Virus record (IMG/VR): IMGVR_UViG_3300043270_000050
Location: 1-64,000 of that record
Length of the DNA: 64,000 nt
Reading direction: 5' to 3' (one strand)
Source: a virus
Position 1 is the first letter of the stretch, and each line of letters opens with the position of its first letter. The position numbers and the translations under genes were made by a program. Of this stretch, positions 45,363 through 54,846 are shown in pieces. The notes under the pieces were generated by a model. It made no database searches and was not told where the DNA came from. It saw nothing but the letters and a program-made list of their open reading frames with translations.

Positions 45363-46208
45363 ATGGATTTTGGAACTGTAGACGCAAACGGAGACATTCG
45401 ACTTCTCGCCAATCAAGGCGGCACGCCCACCCCCAAAATAACCCTCCAGTTTACGGGAGGAGACTCATTCATCTACTCCGGGCAAGATAGGCTCTACATC
45501 TACGCCGGAGGGATAGATACAGGAACGGGCAACGGCCCTGGAATCATCCTAGAGGGCGGCTACGGTGGCCCCGACGGAGGTAACGGAGGTCTCACCCGTA
45601 TTCGAGGCGGCTCCGCAGGAACCGGAGTAGGGGGAGGAAACGGCGGAGGGGTAGACATCGAGGGACAAGACGGAGACGTCTCTGGAAACGGAGGTTCTAT
45701 CCGTTTTAGCCCAGGATTGAACGCGGGCGTGGGAAATGTTGGTACTATCGACATAATACCCCCCATTTCAGGCACCGCTGCTTCATCCCTACGTTTCCTC
45801 GAAGACTCTCCTGGCCTCAATTTCGCTGCCTTCAAGGCCCCTTCGAACATCACGGCCAACGCGACCTACACATGGCCTCCCGCGCCTCCCGCGGCCAACG
45901 GCTACGTCCTCACGGCGACAACTCTAGGGGTCATGTCCTGGGACCCCGCAGGTGCAGCAGCCGCACAAGTCTTCAGAGCCAACCTCACCGAAGCCGGCTC
46001 AGACGATTTTGTCATCAACACCGGCTTTGGGAACGGTGCAAATGTCACCGTATCTATCACTGTGCGAGACAACAACAACACCGCAGTACAGCCAGACAAC
46101 ATCACGTTCGATGCAACCCCCGATCAGGTGACGATCAACCTCGCGTCCTATCGAGACGCAAACGGCGGGACCTTGCCCGCAGGCTTTCAAGTTCTAGCGG
46201 TGGGGTGA
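45363..46208 (+). CDS. glycine-rich fibre paralog 2 (281 aa)
   Basis: N-terminal MDFGTVDANGDIRL matches the MKYGIVDAYGQI of paralogs 3 and 4. Has the SLRFLED...FAAFKAP...PPAPPAANGYVL module. Confidence 0.65.
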   Translation: MDFGTVDANGDIRLLANQGGTPTPKITLQFTGGDSFIYSGQDRLYIYAGGIDTGTGNGPGIILEGGYGGPDGGNGGLTRIRGGSAGTGVGGGNGGGVDIEGQDGDVSGNGGSIRFSPGLNAGVGNVGTIDIIPPISGTAASSLRFLEDSPGLNFAAFKAPSNITANATYTWPPAPPAANGYVLTATTLGVMSWDPAGAAAAQVFRANLTEAGSDDFVINTGFGNGANVTVSITVRDNNNTAVQPDNITFDATPDQVTINLASYRDANGGTLPAGFQVLAVG

Positions 46209-46212
46209 AAAA

Positions 46213-47721
46213 ATGAAATACGGGATCGTCGACGCCTACGGGCAGATCAACATTGTCCGCCTAAAGGGCGGATCGCCCGCCAACATCATGGTAATCGACT
46301 CCCTGTTCGGGGATGTCTACATAGACCTCCTCAACGGGATCTCTCTTGGCGACGACGGGACAGATTTCAACCTCACGACGGGGGGCGGGCAGGGCTCGGG
46401 CGCGGGAGGGAACATTGTTCTCAACGCCGCCGACGGAGGTACGAGCGGCGGCGGGGGTATTGTTCAAATCAACGCGGGCGACGCCGGGGGCGCAGCCACC
46501 GGAGGCACCCTCGAGCTTCGCACAGGCGACGGAGGTAGTACGGGGGTCGGCGGGGATATGACCTTCGTTGCCGGAAACGGTGGGACCGTTTCAGGAAACG
46601 GCGGCGGGATCATTCTTCAACCCGGTAAAGGTACCGTTCAGGGGGTCATCATTCTCCGAGCGCCTTCAACCGGGACCGCCCCCGAGCTCCGCTTCGAGGA
46701 CGCCGCGGGAGGAGAGTACGTCGGCTTCAAAACGGTAGGCACGCTCTTGAGCGGAAGCCTCACCTACACGCTCCCGTCCGCCGCGCCGTTGGTGAGCGGA
46801 TACGCGTTGAAGTCGACAACCTTGGGGGTCATGTCTTGGGGCCCGGTAGGCGACGTCGCAGGCCCCGGAGCGAGTACGTCGACCGCGATTGCAACTTGGA
46901 ACAACACCTCCGGGACGCTGCTCGCCAACAACTCTCTGCAAATCTCCGGAACCGATCTACGCGGCATAGACGCCTCAGGAACCGGAGGGAATGCAACCTT
47001 TCGCGCCGGCGACTCCACGGGCGACGTCGGAGGAATGCTCACGTTGCGCGGAGGAGAAGGCGACATCGGAGGCGGAAACGTCCAAATCCAGGGCGGAGAC
47101 GCGACAACCTCCGGAGACACCGGAGGAGTCGGCATCTCTACCTTCGATGCCCCGACCTCTGCCGACAACGCCGGCGACATCAACCTCTTGTGCGGAGACA
47201 ACACGGCCTCGTCGAATGAAAATCGACCAGGAAGCATTCGCCTCATTCCAGGCGCCTCGAGCAGCACTCTCGGCGGGAAAGTTTTCATCGACCCTCCGAT
47301 CGGAACCATCCCGATCATTCGCACGGAGAGCAACACCGAAGACATCGTTGTCGGCTTCACCCCCGGCTCGAGCGCGACACGAGGAGCGATTGTCGTCTCA
47401 AGAACGCCTACGGAGCTCGCAGCAGCGGGGCCTCACTCTGTGCGCGCTGGGGCGGTCAATCGCGTCGATGCCTCAAGTTTTTCGCCTCAAGAAATCGTCC
47501 TCCCCGCAGCAGCTACATGTGCAGGACAATGGACGTGGATTATCAAAACTACGACTGCAGGAGAGATAGAAGTGACTATCTCCGGGGGAGAATCGTTCTA
47601 CACCGCAACAGGCCTCGTCACAACCTATACAACCTCTACCGGCGGGACGAGCCGAATAGGTCTAGCCTCATTCAGCGACGGATCCATCCACTACCTGATG
47701 ACCCTGTCGTTCGCCTCGTGA
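46213..47721 (+). CDS. glycine-rich fibre paralog 3 (502 aa)
   Basis: MKYGIVDAYGQINIVR N-terminus, PELRFED...YVGFK module, GPGASTSTAIATWNNTSGTL motif. Confidence 0.65.
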   Translation: MKYGIVDAYGQINIVRLKGGSPANIMVIDSLFGDVYIDLLNGISLGDDGTDFNLTTGGGQGSGAGGNIVLNAADGGTSGGGGIVQINAGDAGGAATGGTLELRTGDGGSTGVGGDMTFVAGNGGTVSGNGGGIILQPGKGTVQGVIILRAPSTGTAPELRFEDAAGGEYVGFKTVGTLLSGSLTYTLPSAAPLVSGYALKSTTLGVMSWGPVGDVAGPGASTSTAIATWNNTSGTLLANNSLQISGTDLRGIDASGTGGNATFRAGDSTGDVGGMLTLRGGEGDIGGGNVQIQGGDATTSGDTGGVGISTFDAPTSADNAGDINLLCGDNTASSNENRPGSIRLIPGASSSTLGGKVFIDPPIGTIPIIRTESNTEDIVVGFTPGSSATRGAIVVSRTPTELAAAGPHSVRAGAVNRVDASSFSPQEIVLPAAATCAGQWTWIIKTTTAGEIEVTISGGESFYTATGLVTTYTTSTGGTSRIGLASFSDGSIHYLMTLSFAS

Positions 47722-47728
47722 GGGTTCT

Positions 47729-50700
47729 ATGAAATACGGAATTGTCGACGCCTATGGACAGATTCGGCTCGTTCGCGACAACGGCACCTCCCCCGCCGCG
47801 AACATGACGCTGGACTCATCCGTTTTCAGCTCGGTGTCCCTCAACTTTGCAACGGGTCCTACGGCGGCTACCCCCGGCACCTCATTCAACATCACGGGCG
47901 GCACTGGCAACACGACGGGCGCCGGAGGAAGTCTATCTTTCAGCGCGGGCACCGGTGGGGCGTCCGGAGGTCTAGGCGGAAGCTTTTCTATCACCGCAGG
48001 CTCGGGCGCCGGCGGCGGAAACGGCGGAAATGTCAACCTCACCCCTGGAGGCGGAACGACCCAAGGCACGGTGAGGCTTCAACCTCCCTCCGGAGGGACC
48101 TCACCCGAGCTTCGTCTATTCGAAAACTCCGGCGGATCCGACTACGTCGCGATCAAAGCACCTGGAACCCTTGCAGCCCCTTGGACCCTCACGCTCCCTT
48201 CGAATGACGGCAACACCGGGGAGTTTTTGCAAACGGACGGTTCCGGCACAACCTCGTGGCAGCCAGGAGGGAATGTCTCAGGGCCGGGGGCGAGCACCGA
48301 CAACGCCGTTGCAACATGGAACGGTACAGGCGGCACGACCCTTCGCAACACCGACCTCACCTACGCAACGGGCTCGCTTCAAAGAACTGCCGGATCCGGC
48401 ACGCTGACTATCACTACCGGCGCAAGCGCTACCCCAGGAGCTGTTGTTCTATCGGGCGGAGCCGGCACAGGCGTCGTAGCGGGCGCCTCTGCAACAGTAC
48501 AAGGGGGAACACCGACGGATGGAAACGGAGGGGGTGTTTCACTCCTCGGAGCCGCAGGCGTAGGAACAAACCGCGCAGGCGGAACAATCACCCTCACCGC
48601 AGGAAATTCTACCGGAACCGGGGGGCCTGGAGGCATCACCCTCACCGCAGGAACCGCGACAGGAACCGGCACCGCCGGAGGAAACGTATCGATCAGCGGT
48701 GGATCCCCTACCGATGGAAACGGCGGGAACATTTCCATCACCGCCGCCAATTCTGCAGGCACCAATCGAAGCGGCGGGACCGTCACGATAACCGCCGGCA
48801 GTAGAAACGGTTCAGGGGGTGGGAGCACGCTCACGCTCACCGCAGGCGCCAACACAGGAAATGGAGCGGGAGCCAATGCATCCCTCACCGGAGGTGCGGC
48901 CACAAGCGGCAACAACGCCGGCGGAACCGCCACTCTACGCGGAGGAAATTCTAACGGCACGGGTACCGCTGGAGCAGCCTTCGTTCTAGGGGGAAATGCC
49001 GCGAGCATCACCGGCAACGGTGGCCCCGTAAACATCACCGGAGGGGATGCCGGTACCAGCGGCACTACCCCAGGAAACGTCACTATCGCCGGCGGCGTAG
49101 CTTCAACCACAGGGGCCGGGGGAAGCGTTCTCATAACCCCCACCTCTACAGGTGGAAGCGCCTCCGGCGCCACCGCCGCAGGCACGTTCACGGTCACAGG
49201 AGCTCAAGGGAACATCGGCTCCGACATCATTTTGACCGCAGGAAACACTTTTTCCGGAGGAGGTACAAGAGGCGGAAACGTTTCCATCACTGCGGGTACC
49301 GGGCAAGGCGCCACAGGCTCACGCCTTGCCGGAAACGTCACGATCACGAGCGGTAGCGGCGCAAGTTCCGGTGGGAATATATCTATCACCGCAGCTGCAG
49401 CGAGCTCGACCGGCGGCGGCATCACTCTAACCACCGGTGCGGGTACAAGCAGCAACGGCGGCGCCTTGGCCTTCGTGTGCGGCTCCGGGACCATCGGCGG
49501 AGGCGTCTCGATCACGGGCGGCGCGGGAACCGCGGGCGGAGGCGGCGGGTTCACCTTCACCGGAGGGTCTGGTTCAAGCGGCATCGCGGGGGGCGCTTTC
49601 ACCGTCACCGCGGGCACCTCCGCCACGGGTTTAGGTGGAAACGCAATCATCACCGCAGGCACCGCCTCGAGCGGCACCGGCGGTTTTGCAAGTCTCATTG
49701 GAGGAACCGGATCCACCAAAGGCGGCGTCGCTACCCTACGCGGAGGCATCGGCTCTGCCGGCGCCGGAGGCGACACCCTCGTCACCGGCGGCACCCCCGC
49801 TTCAACCAGCGTGGGGGGCGATACCGAGGTCACCGGAGGTCCGGGAGGCTCGAGCTCGGGCGCCGGCGGTATCTTGCTCGCCCACGGCGGCGACACCACC
49901 ACTGCAAGCAACGGAGGCGCTGCCACCTATCGAGGCGGCAATTCAACTTCTTCGGGAGGGGGAGGTAGCGCCACTTTTTCAGGGGGAACGTCTTCTTCGG
50001 GCTCGGGAGGTATCGCTACTTTCTCTGGGGGTTCTTCAACCTCGGGCGCGGGAGGCGCCGCCACTTTTTCAGGTGGAAACGCGTCCACCAACAACGGCGG
50101 GTCTGCAACTTTCAAAGGCGGTGATTCAACCTCCAGCGGCAATGGTGCAAGCGCCACCCTGAGAGGCGGAGACGCAGCAACCGGAAACGGGGGATCGCTC
50201 ACGATGCGCAGCGGCGCCCCGGGAGGCACCGCCGGCACTGGAGGCGACGTCTCTCTCACCGCGAGCGCGGGCGGATCAAGCACAGGAGACGGCGGAGACG
50301 TCACGATCTCCGCGGGCAACTCGAACGACGTTCCTGGTTTTGTCGACATCAACGGCGGCGTTTCGCTTGGAGCTCAAGATGGCGGAGCCATCACCGCCAA
50401 TGCAGGCGGCTCGAGCTCAGGGACAGGCGGCGCGTTCACCGCGACTGCGGGAAACAGCACCACGGGTGCAGGAGGAAACGCGTCTATCACCGCAGGTGCA
50501 GGGGCCACCGCGGGCGGAGACGTACTCATCACCGCGGGAGACGCGACGACCGCAGCGGGCGATGTTCAACTTCGACCAGGTGGCGATGGAAATGCAAACT
50601 CGGGCGTGGTGGTCGTCACCCCCCTCGAGACGACCCAAAATGCGGTCATCCGCGCCGGCACGAGCAGCCGAGATTTGTACGTCGGAGGAATTCCAACCTC

Positions 50701-51052
50701 TTCCGCTGCGTTCGGTGCGGCAGTCGTTCACCGCACTCCCGCGGTCGTCACCGCAGCAGACGATCCTGTGTCGGTCGTCGCGGGCAGCGTCAATCGCGCG
50801 GACATCACCGCCGGCGGCACCCTAGACCTCGTGCTCCCCGATCCCGCCACTTGCGCAGGCATTTTCACGTTCGTCTATAAAATAGACCTCTCCGCCAACG
50901 ATTTCACCGTTTCAACTCCTGCAGGGACCATCTACATCGAGGACAACAACGGTGCTTCCGTGAGCATCAACCCGCTCCTCGCCGCCGAACGCCGATTGAT
51001 GATGCTATGGTCGGACGGATCGGACTACTACAGCATCCCTAGAGTCCTTTGA
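47729..51052 (+). CDS. glycine-rich fibre paralog 4, giant form (1107 aa)
   Basis: MKYGIVDAYGQIRLVR N-terminus and PELRLFEN...YVAIKAP module, then ~800 aa of GG(N/T/S)-x-(T/S)-(I/L)-T-(A/G)-G type repeats. The C-terminal ~120 aa resemble the C-terminus of paralog 3. Confidence 0.65.
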   Translation: MKYGIVDAYGQIRLVRDNGTSPAANMTLDSSVFSSVSLNFATGPTAATPGTSFNITGGTGNTTGAGGSLSFSAGTGGASGGLGGSFSITAGSGAGGGNGGNVNLTPGGGTTQGTVRLQPPSGGTSPELRLFENSGGSDYVAIKAPGTLAAPWTLTLPSNDGNTGEFLQTDGSGTTSWQPGGNVSGPGASTDNAVATWNGTGGTTLRNTDLTYATGSLQRTAGSGTLTITTGASATPGAVVLSGGAGTGVVAGASATVQGGTPTDGNGGGVSLLGAAGVGTNRAGGTITLTAGNSTGTGGPGGITLTAGTATGTGTAGGNVSISGGSPTDGNGGNISITAANSAGTNRSGGTVTITAGSRNGSGGGSTLTLTAGANTGNGAGANASLTGGAATSGNNAGGTATLRGGNSNGTGTAGAAFVLGGNAASITGNGGPVNITGGDAGTSGTTPGNVTIAGGVASTTGAGGSVLITPTSTGGSASGATAAGTFTVTGAQGNIGSDIILTAGNTFSGGGTRGGNVSITAGTGQGATGSRLAGNVTITSGSGASSGGNISITAAAASSTGGGITLTTGAGTSSNGGALAFVCGSGTIGGGVSITGGAGTAGGGGGFTFTGGSGSSGIAGGAFTVTAGTSATGLGGNAIITAGTASSGTGGFASLIGGTGSTKGGVATLRGGIGSAGAGGDTLVTGGTPASTSVGGDTEVTGGPGGSSSGAGGILLAHGGDTTTASNGGAATYRGGNSTSSGGGGSATFSGGTSSSGSGGIATFSGGSSTSGAGGAATFSGGNASTNNGGSATFKGGDSTSSGNGASATLRGGDAATGNGGSLTMRSGAPGGTAGTGGDVSLTASAGGSSTGDGGDVTISAGNSNDVPGFVDINGGVSLGAQDGGAITANAGGSSSGTGGAFTATAGNSTTGAGGNASITAGAGATAGGDVLITAGDATTAAGDVQLRPGGDGNANSGVVVVTPLETTQNAVIRAGTSSRDLYVGGIPTSSAAFGAAVVHRTPAVVTAADDPVSVVAGSVNRADITAGGTLDLVLPDPATCAGIFTFVYKIDLSANDFTVSTPAGTIYIEDNNGASVSINPLLAAERRLMMLWSDGSDYYSIPRVL

Positions 51053-51069
51053 AAAAGGAGCATCGGAAC

Positions 51070-51318
51070 ATGACCCCAGAACACGCCTTCGACAACGTCT
51101 TCAAGACCTGCCGCGCCCAGCAGGGCACCGCCGAGTTTCACGACGTCCTGCGTGAGTCGCTCGACCTCGTTCGAAACCGCATGCACACCGCGGACGAGCT
51201 CGAGAAGCGCGCCGCGGACTTCCTCGGTGCCCTGCGCAGTGCCGAAGAGGAAGTGAAAAAGCTCAAGAACCGCGTCGCCGAGCTCGAGTCGAACAACACC
51301 AGCGTCGCGAAGGCCTAA
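51070..51318 (+). CDS. coiled-coil protein (82 aa)
   Basis: AAGGAG 9 nt before ATG 51070. Confidence 0.5.
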   Translation: MTPEHAFDNVFKTCRAQQGTAEFHDVLRESLDLVRNRMHTADELEKRAADFLGALRSAEEEVKKLKNRVAELESNNTSVAKA

Positions 51319-51321
51319 GGC

Positions 51322-51855
51322 GTGGCGTTCGGGCGTCGCGTCAAGGCTTGGTGGGCGAGGGTCACGGCCCCTCCCCGGCCGCGCATGGGTCTGACGCTCG
51401 GGCGCTGGCACGGCTCGACAGTCGTCATCGAGCTCGGCCCCTCGCTCGAGCCCGCCCAGCGCGAGGCCTTGACGGTCGCGATAGACTGGTGGAACGAGCG
51501 CAAGGCCCTGTTCGTCTCAAGGCGAGGCTCGGCGCTCTCCGACACAGGCTGGCCCACACAGCTCGGCGTCGTCACCGTGACGAGCAGGCCTCCCATGGGC
51601 GGCCCCGAAGTGCGCGCGACGAGTGAGCTTTTCTATCTCGACAAGCACAAGGCGCACATCTCGAGCGCGCACATCGAGCTTCAACCGGGCACCCGCGGAG
51701 ACGCCGCAGCGCGCGCCTTCGCTCACGAACTCGGGCACGTCCTCGGTCTCGGTCACACGTTCAACGCCTGCGAAGAACACCTGATGGGCATTCGCTCGGG
51801 AGGCTGGGTGCTCCTCGATGAAGAGCTCGACTACGTCCTCAAGCTAGGTGTTTGA
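51322..51855 (+). CDS. metzincin-type zinc metalloprotease (177 aa, GTG start)
   Basis: HELGHVLGLGH matches HExxHxxGxxH. Confidence 0.75.
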   Translation: MAFGRRVKAWWARVTAPPRPRMGLTLGRWHGSTVVIELGPSLEPAQREALTVAIDWWNERKALFVSRRGSALSDTGWPTQLGVVTVTSRPPMGGPEVRATSELFYLDKHKAHISSAHIELQPGTRGDAAARAFAHELGHVLGLGHTFNACEEHLMGIRSGGWVLLDEELDYVLKLGV

Positions 51856-51936
51856 CTTACATCGGCGACAGGGTCTATCGTGGCTTTTGACCGTTCGAGG
51901 ATACCCCCTCGAGCGCGACCCCTTGCAGCCGTGAGA

Positions 51937-51969
51937 GCCCCGTCTGAAACCCCGGACGGGGCTTTTTTA
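51937..51969. terminator. Rho-independent terminator GCCCCGTC-loop-GACGGGGC-TTTTTTA
   Basis: 8-bp stem plus a T6 run, at the convergence of the plus and minus blocks. Confidence 0.8.
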
Positions 51970-52167
51970 TTGTCGCAGCTCGAGGTAGTTCGCCCCGTTG
52001 TACAGGGCGGTCGTGATCCCGAAAAACTGCAGGCTCGCGCCGAGGCCTTGGTGGCCGTCTCGACGCAGGCGCGAGCCGGCGTACCACATCAACGGTCCCA
52101 AAAAGAACACGTCAAAGAGGCGTACAGCTTGCGGCTTCACGAGGGAGTCAATCGCCGTCGAGGCCAT
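51967..52167 (-). CDS. small hydrophobic protein (66 aa)
   Basis: LFDVFFLGPLMWYAG and LQFFGITTALY segments. Confidence 0.4.
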   Translation of the reverse strand: MASTAIDSLVKPQAVRLFDVFFLGPLMWYAGSRLRRDGHQGLGASLQFFGITTALYNGANYLELRQ

Positions 52168-52729
52168 GGAAAGCTCCTATCGCGCCGGGGTAGTTGCGGC
52201 GCACGTACGCGAAAAAGGCTTCATACGGAAAGATGTAAAACAGCTCGAGGATGTCCTCGACATAGAGGTGAAAGCGCGGAGGCAGCAAGGAAAACCACGA
52301 CGCGCGATAGATGCTTTGCTGAGGCACAATGAGCACGTCGTAGTTGTACTTTTCTTGGTCGTACAACGTACCCACTCGGTGCGCTCGCTCCATCTTGTCG
52401 GGGGTAGTCTCAAGGCGGTCTAACACGGACGCGACGTCGGCGCGAAAATACTCCGCCGTGTGACGAACATCCCCGAAGACTTGATAGATTTGATTCTGAA
52501 CTCTCGGATCGGGTAGAGGGTCGAGCCCCCTGCCGCTCCCCCGCACGTACTCCTCGATCCGGTCGAGAAGGACTTGAACTTGCCGGCGCGAGACGAAGTC
52601 GTACAGGTCTTTTCGAGGGGCATGCTTCAGCGCCGCCTTCGCGGTCGTATGCGCGTAGCGCAGGTGCGCAGAACGGCCTTTCACCACCTCGAGAAAAAAC
52701 CCCTCCCACAGGTCGACCGCCGCGGTCAT
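52148..52729 (-). CDS. hypothetical protein (193 aa)
   Basis: ATG 52729 forms an ATGA overlap with the radC stop. The track's longer N-terminal extension overlaps radC and looks spurious. Confidence 0.55.
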   Translation of the reverse strand: MTAAVDLWEGFFLEVVKGRSAHLRYAHTTAKAALKHAPRKDLYDFVSRRQVQVLLDRIEEYVRGSGRGLDPLPDPRVQNQIYQVFGDVRHTAEYFRADVASVLDRLETTPDKMERAHRVGTLYDQEKYNYDVLIVPQQSIYRASWFSLLPPRFHLYVEDILELFYIFPYEAFFAYVRRNYPGAIGAFHGLDGD

Positions 52730-53268
52730 CGCATTTCTCTCTGGTCCGCGAAGCTGTAATAGACCTCCGGGTCGTCCGTGAGGATGATGTGGTCGAGAAA
52801 GCCCAAGCTCAAGAGCTTCGAGGCCTCCCCCATCCGGCGCGTGAGCTCGAGGTCCTCGGGGCTCGGCGAGGCCTGTCCGGAGGGGTGGTTGTGCACCAAG
52901 ATGACCCCCGAAGCGCCGAGGAGGATCGCCGGTTGAAACACGCTGACCGGGTCGACCGCGGACGTCGACCTCCCGCCGACGTGCACCTGCGATACCCCCA
53001 TCACGCGATTTCGCGTGTCCAAACATAGAATCATCACCGACTCTTTTCCGCGCCCGGCGAAGGGAATAGCATCGTGAATGAAGCGGCTCACCGCCGCAGA
53101 GTGGGTAATCGCCGGGGATTTTTCGTCGATGGCCGGCATTTCAATGCACGGATCTACGCGCAACCACGAAAAAGGGAGCTTTTTCGATGCACAAACCTTT
53201 TTTCGTCTGCGCTCGACGGCATCCAAGCCTGACAAAAATCGTTCTTCGCTAAAACGATACGGTCTCAT
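52726..53268 (-). CDS. radC: RadC-like JAB/MPN domain protein
   Basis: ILVHNHPSGQASPSPEDLELTRR matches the JAMM-type HxHPSG...SxxD signature. Confidence 0.85.
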   Translation of the reverse strand: MRPYRFSEERFLSGLDAVERRRKKVCASKKLPFSWLRVDPCIEMPAIDEKSPAITHSAAVSRFIHDAIPFAGRGKESVMILCLDTRNRVMGVSQVHVGGRSTSAVDPVSVFQPAILLGASGVILVHNHPSGQASPSPEDLELTRRMGEASKLLSLGFLDHIILTDDPEVYYSFADQREMR

Positions 53269-53283
53269 AGAAAATACCCTTTC

Positions 53284-53322
53284 AAAAAAGAAAGGGCGCC
53301 CCGGTTGAAGGCAGGGCGCCCT
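53284..53322 (-). terminator. Rho-independent terminator (minus strand): AGGGCGCCC-loop-GGGCGCCCT followed by a U-run
   Basis: 9-bp stem. On the minus strand the stem is followed by TTTCTTTTTT. Confidence 0.7.
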
Positions 53323-53345
53323 TCCTCACGGCAGCGATCAGCCTC

Positions 53346-53792
53346 TCAGCTGATCGAAGTATGCGAGAAGTCGATGATCACGTTGAACTTTGATTCGTTC
53401 GCCGTGGGCGTCGACAGCACGATGACGACAGGGATGGTCTGGTCTGTGACGTTCCAGTCCGCACCCTCGCCGGTGTCCACGTAGATGCCCGCCCCTTGAC
53501 CGCTGCTGTCCGAGTCAAGGGCGCACATGCACACGTGAGGCCAGAACGAGTTTTCATTTGCCCCCACGTCGTCTGCGGTGAAGACGTACGGACAAGGCAC
53601 AGCAAGGGTGTACTGGTCGTCTCCCGCCGCCGTCGCATCCGGGACGATGAGCTGAAACAACCACTTCAACACCCCAGGACGTATGGGGCCTTGAAACGCG
53701 GGATCCGCGTCTCGCGCAACTGCGATGTCGTTGCCGTTCACGATGGAAAACGGCGCCTCGAAGCTGCCTAGGACGGGAATGTAGGTTGCCAT
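53346..53792 (-). CDS. beta-rich protein (148 aa), paralog of 53799-54242
   Basis: MATYIPVLGSFEAPFSIVNG...FTADD...ENSFWP...DFSHTSIS aligns along its full length with the neighbour. Confidence 0.6.
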   Translation of the reverse strand: MATYIPVLGSFEAPFSIVNGNDIAVARDADPAFQGPIRPGVLKWLFQLIVPDATAAGDDQYTLAVPCPYVFTADDVGANENSFWPHVCMCALDSDSSGQGAGIYVDTGEGADWNVTDQTIPVVIVLSTPTANESKFNVIIDFSHTSIS

Positions 53793-53798
53793 GACGGT

Positions 53799-54242
53799 TC
53801 AGCTCGTCGCGGTGTGGGAGAAGTCGACCGAGAAGAGGACCCCACAAAGACCGTTCAAAGGGACCGTCAGCAAAATGCCCAAAGCGATGGTCTGATTGGC
53901 CACGCTCCAGTTGGCAGGAATCCCGATCGTCGCGATGGGAAACATCAACCTGCTCGCTGCGTCGAGCGGAACGCAACTCAGCTCCGCCGGCCAGAAAGAG
54001 TTTTCAGAGGTCGTGAGGTCGTCCGCCGTGAACTCATACGGCGAGGGAACCTGAATGGTGTAGCTGGCCTCATTCGCCGCGTCCCCGTCGGGAATGTACA
54101 GGATGAACGAGGTACGCATCGTACCAGGGCGCGGATCGCCCTGAAGCGTTGCCGTTGCGTCGCGTGCTACTGCCGCCGCGGCGCCGTTCACGATGGAAAA
54201 TGGAGCTGCAAAGTTGCCTAGAATCGGTACGTAGGTGGCCAT
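53799..54242 (-). CDS. beta-rich protein (147 aa), paralog of 53346-53792
   Basis: MATYVPILGNFAAPFSIVNG...FTADD...ENSFWP...DFSHTATS. Confidence 0.6.
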   Translation of the reverse strand: MATYVPILGNFAAPFSIVNGAAAAVARDATATLQGDPRPGTMRTSFILYIPDGDAANEASYTIQVPSPYEFTADDLTTSENSFWPAELSCVPLDAASRLMFPIATIGIPANWSVANQTIALGILLTVPLNGLCGVLFSVDFSHTATS

Positions 54243-54275
54243 GATTTCAATCCTTTCAGGAGGGTTTCGATTAGT

Positions 54276-54833
54276 CTAAGCGTAAAAATAGGCGATCCCG
54301 ATCTTCGCCGAAGGTTTTGCACCCCACTCGGGCATGCAGCGCCGGCCAACGAACGTGTCGACGGAGACACGATTGAAGGCGCAAGGGGGCTCGGGCATCC
54401 CGCTCGGGTGGATGAACGCCGTGAAGCTTCGATTTTCGTAGCGCCCCGCAAGAACCTCGCGAACGAAGGCTTTTGCACCTTCGAATCGGCTGTCGCTCGA
54501 GGCGCGTGCGTACTTGTTCCGGTAGTTGTCGCTCCCGTTCCAAGTCCCGCCTTGAACGCCCACCCGGGCCTTGCGCGTCCCCGGCTCGACCACGCTCTCC
54601 GGGCTCACCCCGAGCTTTCGGGCTCGATTGAGCGCAACCTGAACGATTTGCGCTTTTTCCTCGGGAGCGCCCGAGACGTGCTCGACGACGAGCATGCGCG
54701 CGAGCGCATCGATGTCACTCGCGTTCACCCGCAAATCCCCGGCAATCCCGGTCGAAGTTTTCGAACGGGTGACGAGGAGCAGAAGGCCGATGGCCCCTGC
54801 CCCACCAAGTGCGAGCTTCGTCGATCTTTGCAC
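54276..54833 (-). CDS. SleB-like cell wall hydrolase with signal/anchor (185 aa)
   Basis: DIDALARMLVVEHVSGAPEEKAQIVQVALNR resembles the Hydrolase_2 (SleB) core. N-terminal LALGGAGAIGLLLLV. Confidence 0.5.
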   Translation of the reverse strand: MQRSTKLALGGAGAIGLLLLVTRSKTSTGIAGDLRVNASDIDALARMLVVEHVSGAPEEKAQIVQVALNRARKLGVSPESVVEPGTRKARVGVQGGTWNGSDNYRNKYARASSDSRFEGAKAFVREVLAGRYENRSFTAFIHPSGMPEPPCAFNRVSVDTFVGRRCMPEWGAKPSAKIGIAYFYA

Positions 54834-54846
54834 CCCCGGAAGTGTA

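Noticed and set aside
48379-49926. Long antisense ORFs (272 and 240 aa, Pro/Val/Ala-rich) within the 1107-aa gene
   Set aside because: They are the complement of Gly-rich GGN repeats, which gives stop-free NCC frames. They have no start context.
37603-51052. Diversity-generating retroelement acting on the fibre genes
   Set aside because: There is no reverse transcriptase gene and no template/variable repeat pair with adenine-specific mismatches. The paralog similarity is modular, not TR/VR-like.
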